Source: Nemertoderma westbladi (taxonomy: Eukaryota > Animalia > Xenacoelomorpha). From it: DNA of 64,000 nucleotides. The position numbers were made by a program, and so were the translations under genes. Shown in pieces: positions 9,763-21,369 of this stretch. The notes beneath the pieces were generated by a model. The model was not told the DNA's origin. It did no database searches and saw only the letters and a list, made by a program, of their open reading frames with translations. The stretch's first letter is position 1, and the number at the start of each line of letters is the position of its first letter. The DNA lies in NCBI GenBank assembly GCA_032718475.1, contig JAUCBJ010008890.1, positions 136,392 to 200,391 of the forward strand, given 5' to 3'.

Positions 9763-12700
9763 CTAAGGTGCCCCTTCCAATACGCAGAACTTTCCCACAG
9801 CCCTCCTGTAGGTCTTCCTATCTTTGGCTCCTATCTTGCCTCCTATCCTCACTTCCACCGACCGGACTCTTCCGTCCTCGTCGGGGTAAGTATCTACCAC
9901 CCTCGCTAGTCTCCATTGGTTATTGATAATTGTGTCGTCAGTGACGATTACCCAGTCACCCTTCTTCAACTCCCTATTGGTGTTTCTCCACTTACTTCTC
10001 CTATGCAACATCGTAAGATATTCTTCTACCCATCTCCTCAAATACTCCGCACTTATTGCCTTGGCGACTTTCCAGCTTTGATGGGAATGTATGTCATCTG
10101 GGTCCACTCCCCGCATGTCGATTGTCGCCGGCCTCTCCATTAGAAAATGTCCTGGTGTTAGCACATCCAGTGATTCCGGGTCGTCATTCTCTGGATATAG
10201 CGGTCTGCTATTAATGATTCCCTCGCAATTGGCTAGCACCGTTCTTAATATATCCTCTGTGACCATGTGGTTGTTCATCAACTTGGTCATTAAACGTTTG
10301 GAACTTCCGACAAGTCTCTCTACACACCCTAACGTATGTGGCGCATACGACATTCTCCTTTCCCACTTTACTTGCTGTTTACTCATAGCCGCCCTGACAT
10401 CTTCTCCCTCTAGGATGTCGAAGGCCTCGGCCAACTTGTTCTCCGCTCCCACGAAGTTGGTCCCGTTATCCGAATATATCACCTTGAGCGTTCCCCCTTT
10501 GCAGCTTACAAACCTTTCTAAGGCATTAATAAATGCCGATGCCGTAGCGTCCTGCGCAAGTTCTATTCCCACCGCTCTTGTGTTGTTGCAGACAAAGATA
10601 ATGCCGTAGCATTTCTCCATGTTCCGCATAACCTTTATCTTAATCGGCCCGAACATGTCCACGCCGCAGTGCGTGAATGGCGGGTCGTGTTGTCTCACTC
10701 TGTTGGCCGGTAATGGCGCCATCTCTTGTACGGCCCTCTCCTTTCTCGTCCGTCTGCAGGTCTGGCACACTTCCCCACTACCGCCTTCACCTTCTTCCTA
10801 AGTTGGGTGATCCAGAATGTCCTTCGTATCTCCGTGAGGGTCTGATTTGTGCCTCCGTGTAGTATCGATTTATGTGAGTCCCATATAATCTGGTGGACTA
10901 TTGGTGATTTATTGGGGATTATTATGGGTTTTGGTGGGATAATTAAGCTGTTGTTGTTCACCACTCTGGAATTCATCACCAGAATCCTGTCATCGTTCAA
11001 CTGCGGGGACAGTGTGTTGAGTTCGCTGTCTCGACGAAGGTGTTGTTGCTCGCTGACTCTATCCACTTCGTCGGCGTATTCCTTTCTTTGCTCATACAGT
11101 ATTATGGCTTTAGCCGCTCCTTCCAGATCGATGGTTGGTTTCCTTTTGGCATCCTTGCCAACTCCCCTAAGGAAATCCCCGTAGGCCCTCCAATATGCTA
11201 CCTACTTCTGAGTCTTATACCAGCTGGAGCTGTAACTGCGCAACCTGTCCGTCGGATTTTCGCATGGTTCTTCTGATTTCGGTGGCACTTCCTTGATCTC
11301 CTTCACCAACTGGCTGTATATCTCTTCCCCTACTGAAACCTCCCCCTCCTCTTCTGCTACTACCTCCTCTGAGCCCAGGTCCACCTTCCTCATTGGTGGC
11401 CAGGCTGACCTATCGCTCAGGAAGTGTGGCCCGCGCTGCCACAACTCTTCCTTCTTTGAGAAAGTGTGGCGTGCAACGCCCCTCGATAATAGATCTGCTG
11501 GATTGTCGTCGGTAAGCCAATAATGCCACCTTTCTAGGTCAGTCGTCGCCCTTATCTCGTCTACCCTATTCGCGACGAATATAGGGTATCTCGTCTTCTC
11601 ATTATGTAGCCACCCTAGCACTACCATGGAGTCCATCCAGTAGTGTGTCTCCACTATGTTGGGTATAGTGTCCATCAAGTAAGCTGTGGCCCTTACTCCT
11701 AACCTCGCAGCTGTCAGCTCGAGTTTCGGCACTGACGCTGAATCTGGTGGCGTCCACTTCGCTTTACTAAATGCAAGTCTGGGCTTATGAGCCCCCTTTC
11801 GCTGTACCAAATAAAGCGCCGCTCCATATGCTTCCAAGGATGCATTGGAAAACATGTGTAGATCCAGGTCCATCATGTCTCCGTCCGGGAAATACACGTG
11901 TGGTATGCTGTACGTCCCCATCTCCTCTAGACTTCCCGTCCACTTACTCCACTGTCTACTTATTTCTTCCGGGACCTCCGTAGTCCGTATCCCACTCATC
12001 CTTTAACTTGTATACTTTCTTTAGTATTTGCTTCCCCGTGACTAACAATGGGGATGCTAGGCCTAGGGGATCGTATATCCTTGCTATGTACAATACATAG
12101 CCCCGCTTAGTGTGGATCTCTGCACCCTCTTGGCTCAGTTGATACTCCAACTCGTCCGTCTCCCGGTTCCACACGATCCCTAGCGCCTTTTGCTGAGACT
12201 CAACTCTCTTGTTTGCCATATCCTGTCCCTTTGCTGTTGTGGGGTTGTCCATGGTCGACTCTGGTCACTTGTCTTCTATGGCTTTCATGAATTTGTCGGA
12301 GCTGGACTGGAACTTAGTGAGGTTGAACCCGGATCCTTTTAGGATGTCGCGAACCTCGCGCCCTATCTCCAGTATTTCTTCAACCGTGTTTCCAGATCCC
12401 ATTCCATCATCGACATAGAAACTGCATCGAATCATGTCGATCGCCTTCGCACTATACTCTCCTTCCTTGCCCTCTAACGTATCTCTCACAGCCATAGTTG
12501 TTGTAAATGAGGACGACTTGGCCCCCATGTTTTGCACCACCATTTTGTACATCGGTATCTCAGACGGTTCTTCATCGCCGTTGTACCATAGGAAGCGCTG
12601 ACTGTCGCTGTCCTCTTCCGTCACATGGACATGGTTGAACATGCCTTCAATGTCGCACATGAAGGCGGCCTCCCATTTCTGAATCTCAACAGGACCTCTA

Positions 12701-13760
12701 TCCCCGAGTTGTAGATGTTGGGGCCCTCTAGCAGATAGTTGTTCATGCTTTTGCCATTCGATTTGGCCGACGCGTCAACCACCATCCGCAGTTTACCCTT
12801 CTTTGGATCTAAAGCCACGTGCAGTGGCAGATAGTAGGTTCTGTCTGTGTTTGGCTCGTCGACCGGTAACTCAACGGCCCATCCCTTCTCAACGTACTTC
12901 CTGATTGTCTTATGGATGTACTCGTCCTTCTCGGGGCTCCGTCTGAGCATCTGTTTCAGTTTGCGAAGCCTCGTGAGTACCATCCCTTTGTTATCCGGTA
13001 ACGGTATCTTTGGTTGTTTCCACACCATTCCTATGGTGTACCATCCCACTTCGCACTTCATCGATTCCTTTACGCTCTCTATAGCTTGTTTATCTTCTAC
13101 CGAGGTTCCGACCCCGGCCTCCTTTAGTCCTTCGAAGTCCTGCTTCAACAGCCTCTTAAGCTGCTCCTCTGCTCCTTCATCCTCCATCTCCCTCATTGTC
13201 CCTGCGAACATGCACCCTGATGTCTCCAACACCCTGAATGGAATTTTGGCTTTAATTGGGCCGCTAAGCATCCATCCGAACGGCGTGAGAATCGCCATCT
13301 GATCGCGCTGCCTGTTCTCTCCGAATATGGTCCGTACTCTCTCGTGGGCCGTCGGACAATCCATTCCCACTATGATGGATACCTTCGAGATGTCCACTTC
13401 CGATATTGATAAATCGATATCGTCCAGGAACCGGTATTGCTCGACCTCGATCCTAGTGGGTCGCCTGGCATTTATATTAATCGATTCTATTATTTGAATG
13501 GGGTCGATGGTCGCCCCATAATCATATCCTGGTGCTATTGCTGATATCTCGCACCGTCCCGTTCTCATCTCCAGGACCTCATCCTTGCTCGAGATGGTAG
13601 TTACCGCCATCCTACTCGGCCTCGTCTGTAACCCTATCTCCTCGGCCACCCAATTCTCCACCAGCATGAAGGCTGCTCCTCTGTCGACCAGCATCAGTGT
13701 CGTGACTGATCAGCCACTTTCTCCTATCACCCTCACTGGTACCACCCCGAGTAATACCGT
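9763..13760 (-). pseudogene. pol: BEL/Pao pol (protease, RT, RNase H, integrase) broken by stops and frameshifts
   Basis: PR LVDRGA (degenerate DSG); RT YYLPLH, RMVVDAS, CDIEGMF, FYVDD; KALG.W, IYDPLG; RH FSNAS..AYGA, PKLEL, FVANRV, NPADLLSRG; IN HH-CC, GVDMFGP, SDNGTNF, ERLV, INSRPL, LTPGHFL. Confidence 0.93.
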
Positions 13761-13871
13761 TCCCCTTCTCTTCGCTCCTATGGTGCTTGTCGCCATCGTT
13801 TGACCTTTGCCTTGACCGAATCTTATTGGCGTCTCCTCACACTGTTCAACTTTATGTCCGCCTACCACACA

Positions 13872-15005
13872 TCAATGACAGATTCCACTTCTGTCCGCAT
13901 ATTCTACCTGATCTTGTTTGGGCAATGCCTGCCAATACTTGCAGTTCATAGTCTGATGGAGTGCATTCGAGTGTAATTGGCATTTGTTTCTCGGATTATA
14001 GCCTTCTCTATACAGCACATTGCGTATTGCACGTATATTTATACTTAGCTGTCTAGTGTTCTTATTGTTTGGGTTTGGCCTACTGGGCGTGTTGGGGTTA
14101 TATTTGTTCGTGTTATTATTTTGTCCCTGTTCATGCCACGGTGTGGCCCTACCCCCGGCTATCTGTGGACTTGCAGTCCCCTGCGTCGCCGCATATGGTA
14201 GCGACTGTCTTAACTTTAGTAACACATTTGCCGCACTATGTTCTGGTTTCAGTCTGTTGTATTCGGTCCTCGGCGCCCTCCCCAGACTATCCTCGCTGTA
14301 GACTGGGTCCGTGATTAGTTCTGCCTTGTAATTGAGGAAGTTCGACATTTCCTCTAGGCCCGGTTCCGCACCTTTCTTCTCCCGGGTGGAGAAGGCGATC
14401 TTCCTCCACTTATTTCGTAGCCAGATCGGCAGTGCCTGCGCTATTGTGGTGATGTTATTCGATGCGTTGAGTTCATAAGGCGCATCCAAGGTCTTCAGCA
14501 CAATCGAAACACAATCAGCGCCTTTTCGACTTTATTCATGAAAGTCTTGATGCTGACAGGGTTATCTTGTAGTCCACCTGATGTTATTCCCCTCAAGGTT
14601 TGCCGGATGATCTTGGCAGGGTGTCTGAATTCCCTGTCTAGGGCCCGCCATGCAGTCGTGAATCCGCCCTCGATACCTTGGTACTGCCTTACGATGTCTT
14701 GTTTGTCATGTCGATTTGAACGGCTCCACTGGTGGCAGCTCGATCCTGGTCTTAAGCGCATCGATGAGTGTCGCCATTCCCATTGCCTGTACTTCTAGTG
14801 CACTCGACAGATGCTGTACAGATTCCCCTGCTACTGGGTGCGGTTCACCCGTAGGGCCTGTCGACCTCCTTTGCGTCGGATATATCATTGGGGGTAACAG
14901 TCCCCTCCATATCTCTGTATCACACGATCTATTTTGGTCCGAGGGGTTTGGGGGTTTTGTTCTTGGTTGAGTATATTGCTGATATTGTAATGGGGGAATG
15001 TCACC

Positions 15006-15036
<31 letters not shown>

Positions 15037-18000
15037 ACCGGTGCTATATTTGGTATTGGGGTTGATGTTACCATGTTAGGGCCTAAACATCTATCGGCAA
15101 TAGCTCCCCCCTCCCCTGGGTATATGTTATATCCCTGCATATTATAGTCATACTGGTGTGCAGGTACCGGTATAGCCCTATCCACGTCTTGCCTACCTGC
15201 TGGTATGTATGCCGCGACTTCCGGATCTAATGCCGTTGTCCTCACTACCCTATCGCCTACACTATCTCTTTCAGCATGGCCTATAGTATGTGTAGTAAGG
15301 CCTACAGTATGTCCTGCAGTCTGCCTGTGTCCTTCCGTACTGAAGTTTAATCTTCTCGAATATTCCAAGAAGTCCTCCCCGCGACTACCGTACTCTCGAT
15401 CGGCAGCTATATCCCATCAGGAAGTTTCTCTTCGATCCCCTCTCCTGTCCTCGTCCTCGCACCAGTACATCCTGTACCCTTCTCCTGGTGTGTGGTATAT
15501 CTCACCAGGCTGCGTCTCTCCGGGGCGACAGCAATCTTCCAGAGTTCGACCCCACTGACTCTCTAACTCCATCTCTGCTACCGACGGTTCACTGTCCATC
15601 CTTCCCCTCTGGTTGCTCGTAGCAACGCTTCTTCTATTCTCTTCACTTCTTCTCTCTTCAGTGTAGCGATCCCCTTCGTGAGATCTCTCTTCAACCTCCC
15701 GGATAAACTCCACTGTTCTTCTTCCGTCTTCCGACTGGGCTAAACGCTTGCCCGCTCACGGCACCAACCTCTCTCTCTCTACCCGGTTGGACGCTCTTGG
15801 GGATACTCGCAATCCCCCTACTATTCTCTGTCGTCGGGTACCGCAGTTCACCTAACTCGCCGCGCGCATTGTCCGCCGTTCCCCCGCGCGCATTGTCCCC
15901 CCCCCCTCTTGCCACTAATCTCTCGTGGTGGGGTGCCCGTAGCCCCCCCCCCCCATTCATCACCTCTTACTTCACTACCTCCTGCTTCGCTTCTACGTCC
16001 CTCTCTAGTCAACGCACTATCTCTACCCTGGCTGGTCTACTCACCCCCACCTCTCCCTGTGCAACTGCGTGGCCTTGCAGGCTCCCGTTGGGTTGACTCA
16101 CTCCCGCTACTCCCTGCGTAACTATGTGGCGTTGCAGGCTCCCATTCGGTTGACTCACCCCCGCTACTCCCTGCGTAACTACGTGGCCTTGCAGGTTCCC
16201 ATTGGGTTGACTCACCCCCGCTACTCCCTGCGTAACTACGTGGCCTTGCAGGCTCCCACTGGCCGGACCACCTGTCTCCCCTACGTTTGTATTAATTGCA
16301 CCGCTATTGATAACATTATTTTGATTAATTTCCCCGGGATTATTATCCAACACAACATTGTTACCTAAGTTATTATTTAAATTATTTAAATTATTTTGTT
16401 CAGAATTAGGGTTATTATTTGGATTATTCTGCACATTTAAATTAGGATTATTATTTGGATTATTTTGCACCTTTAAATTAGAATTATTATTTAGATTATT
16501 TTGCACATTTAAATTAGAATTATTATTTAGATTATTTTGCACATTTAAATTAGGATTGTTATCTGGATTATTTTGCACATTTAAATTAGAATTAGTATTA
16601 CCAGGTAAAATATTATTTCCTGCAACAAAAGTTTGATTAGGGTTGTCTATTACGGTACTATTAATATTAATTCCTTCTAACGTATTATTATTACCCCCCC
16701 CTCCCACCCCCCGCCCGTACAGTTACACCAGTCCTGGGTCTGTCGTCCAGTACCTGTAAGTGGGGTATTAACAAACGTTTCCATTACTTCTGGCTCCTCG
16801 GAAATACTACCCGAACCAGCCTCACTCTCCGATAATCCCAACTTTGCCAGTTCTAACCGGCGCTTTTGCTTCGCCTGGTATTGCATAAGTCCCCTCAACC
16901 GGGTATGCATATCATCCCGCATACGCTTTCCCGCTCTCTCTCTTTCTCTGTCCTCTCTCAAACTTTGGTCGGCCAACTCTCTCTCTCTCGCCTCCCGCTC
17001 TCTACGCACGTTCTCTATTCTCGCCTCCCGCTCTCTACGTTCGTTCGTTTCCCTCTCTACCCTCGCTGTCTCTTTCGCTTCTCGCTCTTTGCGCTCTTTC
17101 TCTACTCTCGCCACCCGCTCCTCTCCCTTGTTTATCTCTCTCTCCTCTCGCTCCTTATAGTTTCTCGCCACCCTCTCGGCCCTCTCTTAACATTCCCTCA
17201 GTAACTCTCTCTCTCTAATAATGTGGTTCCCTCGTCTAGTTGCCTCTCCAACTCCTTCTGATCCAGCGCCACAATGTCTAGTTGACACGCCATCGGTCAT
17301 GACACTTATCGGTCGCGATGGACTCCCAACGTATCTCTGTCCTACTAACTTTCCCCCGCTTTCTGGGGTTCTCGCTGACCGACGACACCGAATCCTCGGG
17401 GTTAACCTCGGGTTCGCCGTGGTGTGGGTCCGCCCATCCCACTAACTTAATTCCCCTTGCATCCACTAAGTAAGGCCCTACATACACTACGTCTGGCTCC
17501 ATTACCCCGGATCGCCACAATTCAAATACTTCCGTGGCGATCCCCCTTGCTCTCTCACTCGCCAGTTCTCCCTGTCCAAAACGGACTAAATAGCGAAAAT
17601 TCTTATTCGACTCACCTAGCCTCTGGTATAGTTTAGGCTGATCTACCTTCCTCCTCTCCTTGGCCTCTTTAAGTAGTTTCTTGGTGGCGTTGTAGGCCCG
17701 TCATAACCGATCACTTGTCCTGACGTCCTCTTCATCGACTCCGCCTCCTCTCCTTGTCCGGCGTCGTACCGGCGGCCCCACTGTCGCTGCTCCGGTGGGC
17801 CGTCCGTCGCCCTCGGCCTGTGGCTGGCGGCGACTTCGGTACTCCGACCGCCGCCGTGCGTCGACTCGTCTCTCCCTCGTGGTTGGCGGCCGCCCTCCGC
17901 TTGGGCCATCGGATCGTCCCTGGTTGGCCAATCCGGTATGGCGGGCCGATACCGTCTCGTTGCGGCCTCTCTCGGATCGTTTGGTTGGTGTCATCTGGGG

Positions 18001-18052
18001 TCCGCGGCGGCGTCCTCTCTCCCTCTGAATCTCTGGGATCCAGATCGCTCAT
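13872..18052 (-). pseudogene. gag: BEL/Pao gag region, unusually long and low-complexity, fragmented
   Basis: Series of minus ORFs from ATG 18052; ELPPVEPF, AWRALDREF, LP.WLRNKW, LITDPVY and CQLH..H..C resemble BEL Gag; R/E coiled coil and N-rich tracts. Confidence 0.75.
16040..16600. repeat. Coding minisatellites in gag: 57 bp (19 aa GSLQGHVVTQGVAGVSQPN) x ~4 and 36 bp (12 aa VQNNLNNNSNLN) x ~6
   Basis: tgcag at 16076 and 16133 (57 bp period); gcac at 16431 and 16467 (36 bp period). Confidence 0.9.
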
Positions 18053-18100
18053 CTCTGTTTCTTGGCAGTCACAGTTTGTTGTAGCTGGTGAGTTTATGAC

Positions 18101-18776
18101 TGTGACAGGATCCTAAGATCCCGACTGGGTTAGATTTGTACGCGTCACCGTTCCGCTGGGCAGTTGCACTGGGTCGGTTTGGCCAAAGGCCATCAGGGAA
18201 AAATAATAGAGTTTCTGATTCTCAATGTTTATACTCCGAGCGATAATAGCACAATCGGTAAATCTGTGATGAATATCACGACATATAATGACAGCAGAAT
18301 ACACAGATATTAAATTGTTAATGTTGGTAGCAGTGATGGTCATAAACTATGACCGGTCTGCAACTGAGTAACTAATAAACTGACCAGTAAATCAGTAATG
18401 CAGAATAATATATGATTAACACACACGGATATTGATTTCACCTCTTACTGTACTTGGCCCTCTGTACCCAGTGGATGCTTTCCTATCTCTAACCACGTGC
18501 TTCCCTCCCCGCTATTGGCTAATACATTAATTGTCACTTTGGCACTCCCTGTGAGTGTTTCCCCCCGCTGCTAGCCTCTACTAGCTGTTCTCCCTCCGAG
18601 GTTGTTTGACCTCTCACCTTTCTCTGTGGCTTTAGGGCTTGTGTCGCCCCCCCCCCCCCAAAGTTGGTTATGAGGCGAGATTAATTATTGGTAATCTCGT
18701 ATCCCCAACTATATTAGTAAAATGCCACTGGTCCCATTTTCTGGTGGGTAATGAAGTGGAATTGAATCTGCTTACA
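18101..18776 (-). repeat. 5' LTR of the BEL/Pao element
   Basis: tgtgacaggatcc...tctgcttaca; direct repeat of 7961-8643. Confidence 0.95.
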
Positions 18777-19216
18777 TTACATCACACGGCTTATTAATCA
18801 TTTTACACCTGGTTTATTATATCAATTGATAACAGATCATCTTGCGAGTCTTTTGACACCTAAATTAATTAAATTAAAGAAGAGGAACGTTGAGAAAAAT
18901 GTTTGCAATAGCAAACAGCAGATTTCCAGCGGAATTCCCGAGAACACACCGCTTGAAGGTGCTGATTCTGATATTGAGAAGTGCAATTTAATATTTGAAA
19001 ATATGGACATCAATAAATTTAAGTTCGTTCTGGTGCGTTTGGGGGTTATAGAAGATGGGAATCCTCAACTACTGTAATCATTATTTCATTACCACCAGGT
19101 GCGCCTAACTGTACGGATATTTTGGGGCGAGTCAATACTGCGAGCCATTAACGAACTGTTATAATTATACTATAAAAGTATAATCATATCATTCTGAATG
19201 ATTATTTTGATGATTA

Positions 19217-21085
19217 TTGATTTTCATATAAATCTACCCCAGCCTCATGGCGTTTAAAATTTTGCAAAATTTGCCAAATTTAGCCCTAAAAATACAGCAA
19301 ACCTACTTCGTAGTCTGTATAGTTGAAATCGACTTACTGGGGTTTGGAGTTCTTCCTGAGTGAAAACCAAGTCCACTGATTTGATGACAACTATATTTCA
19401 ATACTAGAAACCCAGCTAGCTGGCTGTGAATTTGCCTTTGGATCAAATTCCCAATAAGTATATTATAAATAAACAAGAGTAGGCCTAGGTCTAGGAAGAA
19501 GGATAATTCTAAATTAGGAAAACACTAGAAAAACACTAGAAAATACTGAAAACACCCGGAAAACATTAAAATTATTGATCAACAGGAAATTTAATACATC
19601 GATTACACTGAATTGGTAATCTTAAATGTACTCCTCGCATAGCACACGTTAAGTAATCTCCGTAAAACATAGGGAAAACTCTATAAACCCTCTGGATAAC
19701 AGTGAAATTTTACCTATATTTCGCTAGAAAGCGGGGTAGCTCAATTGGCTGACGCCAGGCCTGCAATCGATTGGTTGTAGGTTCAGCCCCACCAGGGTCC
19801 ACTCAGCCGCCTTTCATCCACTGGGGTCGATAAATTGAATACCAGTTAAATAACTGGGAGCAAATCTTGGGATAATAGTAGCGCCCACCCCTACCCTGGG
19901 TAGCATCTATCGAAAGAGGAGCCTTCGGGTCGCCTCAACTGTTTGCTTGATATGCTGCTAATAATACTAGGTGAAAGAAGAAATAATCAGCATGCAGTTC
20001 AGCACTATCCTTGTTTTACTGGTCAGCCAGTAGTACCAGTGTTGCTGTATTCTGGTATTACATAGTGTATTCCAGTATTGTTAGTGTTAGGTCAATTCAT
20101 CTGCTAAATGTTGGCAGTTGAAGTGCAGAAGCTGTGGTATTTATTATTAAGGATACCATTCATACCAGAAAACCGAACTGACTAGAAAATCATGTGTGAT
20201 GTGTTCTAGATCTTGCATCCGCGCTTCTAGCCACACTGGTATGCCACTTCAATACAGTATCACTGTAGGTAGGACCTAACTGTGGCCCTCTTGCTGTCTT
20301 AATATTAAATACCGCATCATCTGCACTTTAACTGTTCAACATTTAGCAGATGACAAGATCCAACACTAACAATACTTGAATACTGGAATACACTAATACC
20401 AGAATACACCATTAATGTGCCTCTACCGGCTGACCAGTAAAACTGTTGAAATGCATGCTGATTGGTTACTGTTCCTTGGTTGCCGGGCAACAATGGTTTC
20501 TGTGCAGTATTAGACACTTTCAACTTATTTTTTAGCAGCATATTAGGTAAAATTTAATGCTATTTAATGCCAATCATTTTTTCACTATTTTCTGGACAGT
20601 TTATACTGTACTGGTTCCTTTTTTTTTTACGGAGATTACTTAATGGTGTGCTATGCGAGGAGTACATTTAAGATTACCAATTCAGTGTAATACATGTATT
20701 AAATTTCCTGTTGATCAATATTTTTACTTTTTCCGGGTGCTTTACAGTGTTTTTCATATGTTTTTCTAGTGTTTCACTGTTTTACTAGTGTTTTCCTAAT
20801 TTAGAATTATCCTTCTTCCTATACCTACTGTTGTTTATAATATACTTATTGGGAATTTGATCCAAAGGTAAATTCACAGCCAGCTAGCTGGGTTTCTAGT
20901 ATTGAAATATAGTTGTAATCAAATCAGGGGACTTGGTTTTCACTCAGGAAGAACTCCAAACCCCAGTAAATCGATTTAAACTATAGAGACTACGAAGTAG
21001 GTTTGCTGTATTTTAAGGGTGAAATTTGGCAAATTTTGCAAAATTTTAAAGGCCATGAGGCTGGGGTAGATTTAAATGAAAATCA
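19217..21085. mobile_element. Large degenerate palindrome (fold-back DNA element), arms ~0.7-0.8 kb, loop ~20150-20295
   Basis: 19217-19700 is the reverse complement of ~20590-21085, and 19950-20150 of ~20295-20545; the right arm runs on to a ccacccta terminus at ~21353. Confidence 0.85.
19731..19945 (+). mobile_element. tRNA-derived SINE with Deu/Nin-like central core, inserted in the palindrome's left arm
   Basis: A box tagctcaattgg, degenerate B box ggttcagccc, core gtccactcagcc..tttcatcc..ggggtcgataaattgaataccag, tail gagccttcgggtcgcc; absent from the mirror arm; degenerate TSD atatttcgcta/atatgctgcta. Core assignment is from memory. Confidence 0.8.
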
Positions 21086-21369
21086 CAATTTCACATTTAG
21101 TGTTTGTTTCCAACCTATTGGACAATAAATATTTGCATCTTCCTTAACTTTTATCAAAAATACAAAATATCTGGGATTTTCAAAACTGGCATTGCCTTCT
21201 CAAAAATTTGAAATTTTCAAGTGTCATGAGGCCCGCCTAGAATTTTTCGAAATCAAAATTTTATTTTTGCAAAGTTAGTTTAGACCGATTTGGCATCAGA
21301 AAAATAGTGCTTCCCTTAAAAATAAAGAAAAAAATTTTTTTCACTCCACCCTAATGATTAATCTTCGAA

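Larger units (their letters stand above)
7961..18776 (-). mobile_element. Full-length, decayed BEL/Pao LTR retrotransposon
   Basis: Two ~680 bp direct LTRs with TG...CA ends; 5 bp TSD TTACA (7956-7960 and 18777-18781); gag-PR-RT-RH-IN order with BEL-type motifs; PPT next to the left LTR. Confidence 0.97.

Noticed and set aside
19731-19800. tRNA gene
   Set aside because: Degenerate B box, no full cloverleaf, and it runs into a SINE core and tail
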